DNA of 35,528 nucleotides. Source: Nitrospinota bacterium (GTDB taxonomy: Bacteria > UBA8248). The position numbers and the translations under genes were made by a program. Under the pieces are notes generated by a model, which made no database searches, was not told where the DNA came from, and worked only from the letters and a program-made list of their open reading frames with translations. The stretch's first letter is position 1; each line of letters opens with the position of its first letter. The stretch spans positions 1-35,528 of the forward strand of contig JAYGFR010000146.1 of NCBI GenBank assembly GCA_046581755.1, given 5' to 3'. This document shows positions 35,397 to 35,528 of this stretch, piece by piece.

Positions 35397-35528
35397 CGTA
35401 AAAATCGTTGTCCGGATGTTCTAGTCCGGCCCCGCCAAGGTGATTTTTTTGCCGCCGGAGCGGGGGATTTTTCACGAGTTCGAGATATTGGTCGATATCG
35501 ACGAGCACTGCCACGGGTTGGCCATGGC
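35350..35528 (-). CDS. Phd/YefM-family antitoxin-like ORF, 5'-partial (absent from the ORF track)
   Basis: The frame entering from the right edge reads HGQPVAVLVDIDQYLELVKNP..., the Phd/YefM GxPVAVLV core. The stop is at 35350. Confidence 0.6.
   Translation of the reverse strand, partial: HGQPVAVLVDIDQYLELVKNPPLRRQKNHLGGAGLEHPDNDFYDDGADQRREQRGGRH

Overview
GC-rich bacterial window dominated by a ~25.5 kb co-oriented, tightly packed (+ strand, ~1.4-26.9 kb) catabolic gene run with no recognisable transcription regulator. In order it encodes a two-subunit family I CoA-transferase, an ArgE/DapE-type M20 deacylase, an LLM oxidoreductase, two tandem cysteine-synthase-family genes (the first frameshifted), a Liv-type ABC importer, an AhpD-like protein, a three-subunit xanthine-oxidase-family molybdenum hydroxylase, an M28 hydrolase, a second LLM, an M24 hydrolase, a TAXI-TRAP transporter, a KynB-like cyclase, a UbiD-family decarboxylase and a third LLM. 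After it come a convergent second UbiD, a decayed transposase, a hydantoinase/oxoprolinase A/B pair (-), a class IV aminotransferase (+) and a zone of gene fragments. The strongest signal is that the two ORFs at 12418-12678 and 12679-13221 are probably one 267-aa selenoprotein: an in-frame UGA falls in the AhpD motif as C-E-Y-U-x-x-x-H and is followed by a bacterial SECIS-like hairpin, directly upstream of the Mo-hydroxylase genes. The ORF track also misses a secreted, very basic Cys-paired repeat protein running off the left edge, a ~154-bp MITE upstream of the operon and a Phd/YefM antitoxin-like tail at the right edge. All functional calls come from motif recognition by eye; no database searches were run. 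I saw no rRNA, tRNA or CRISPR array.
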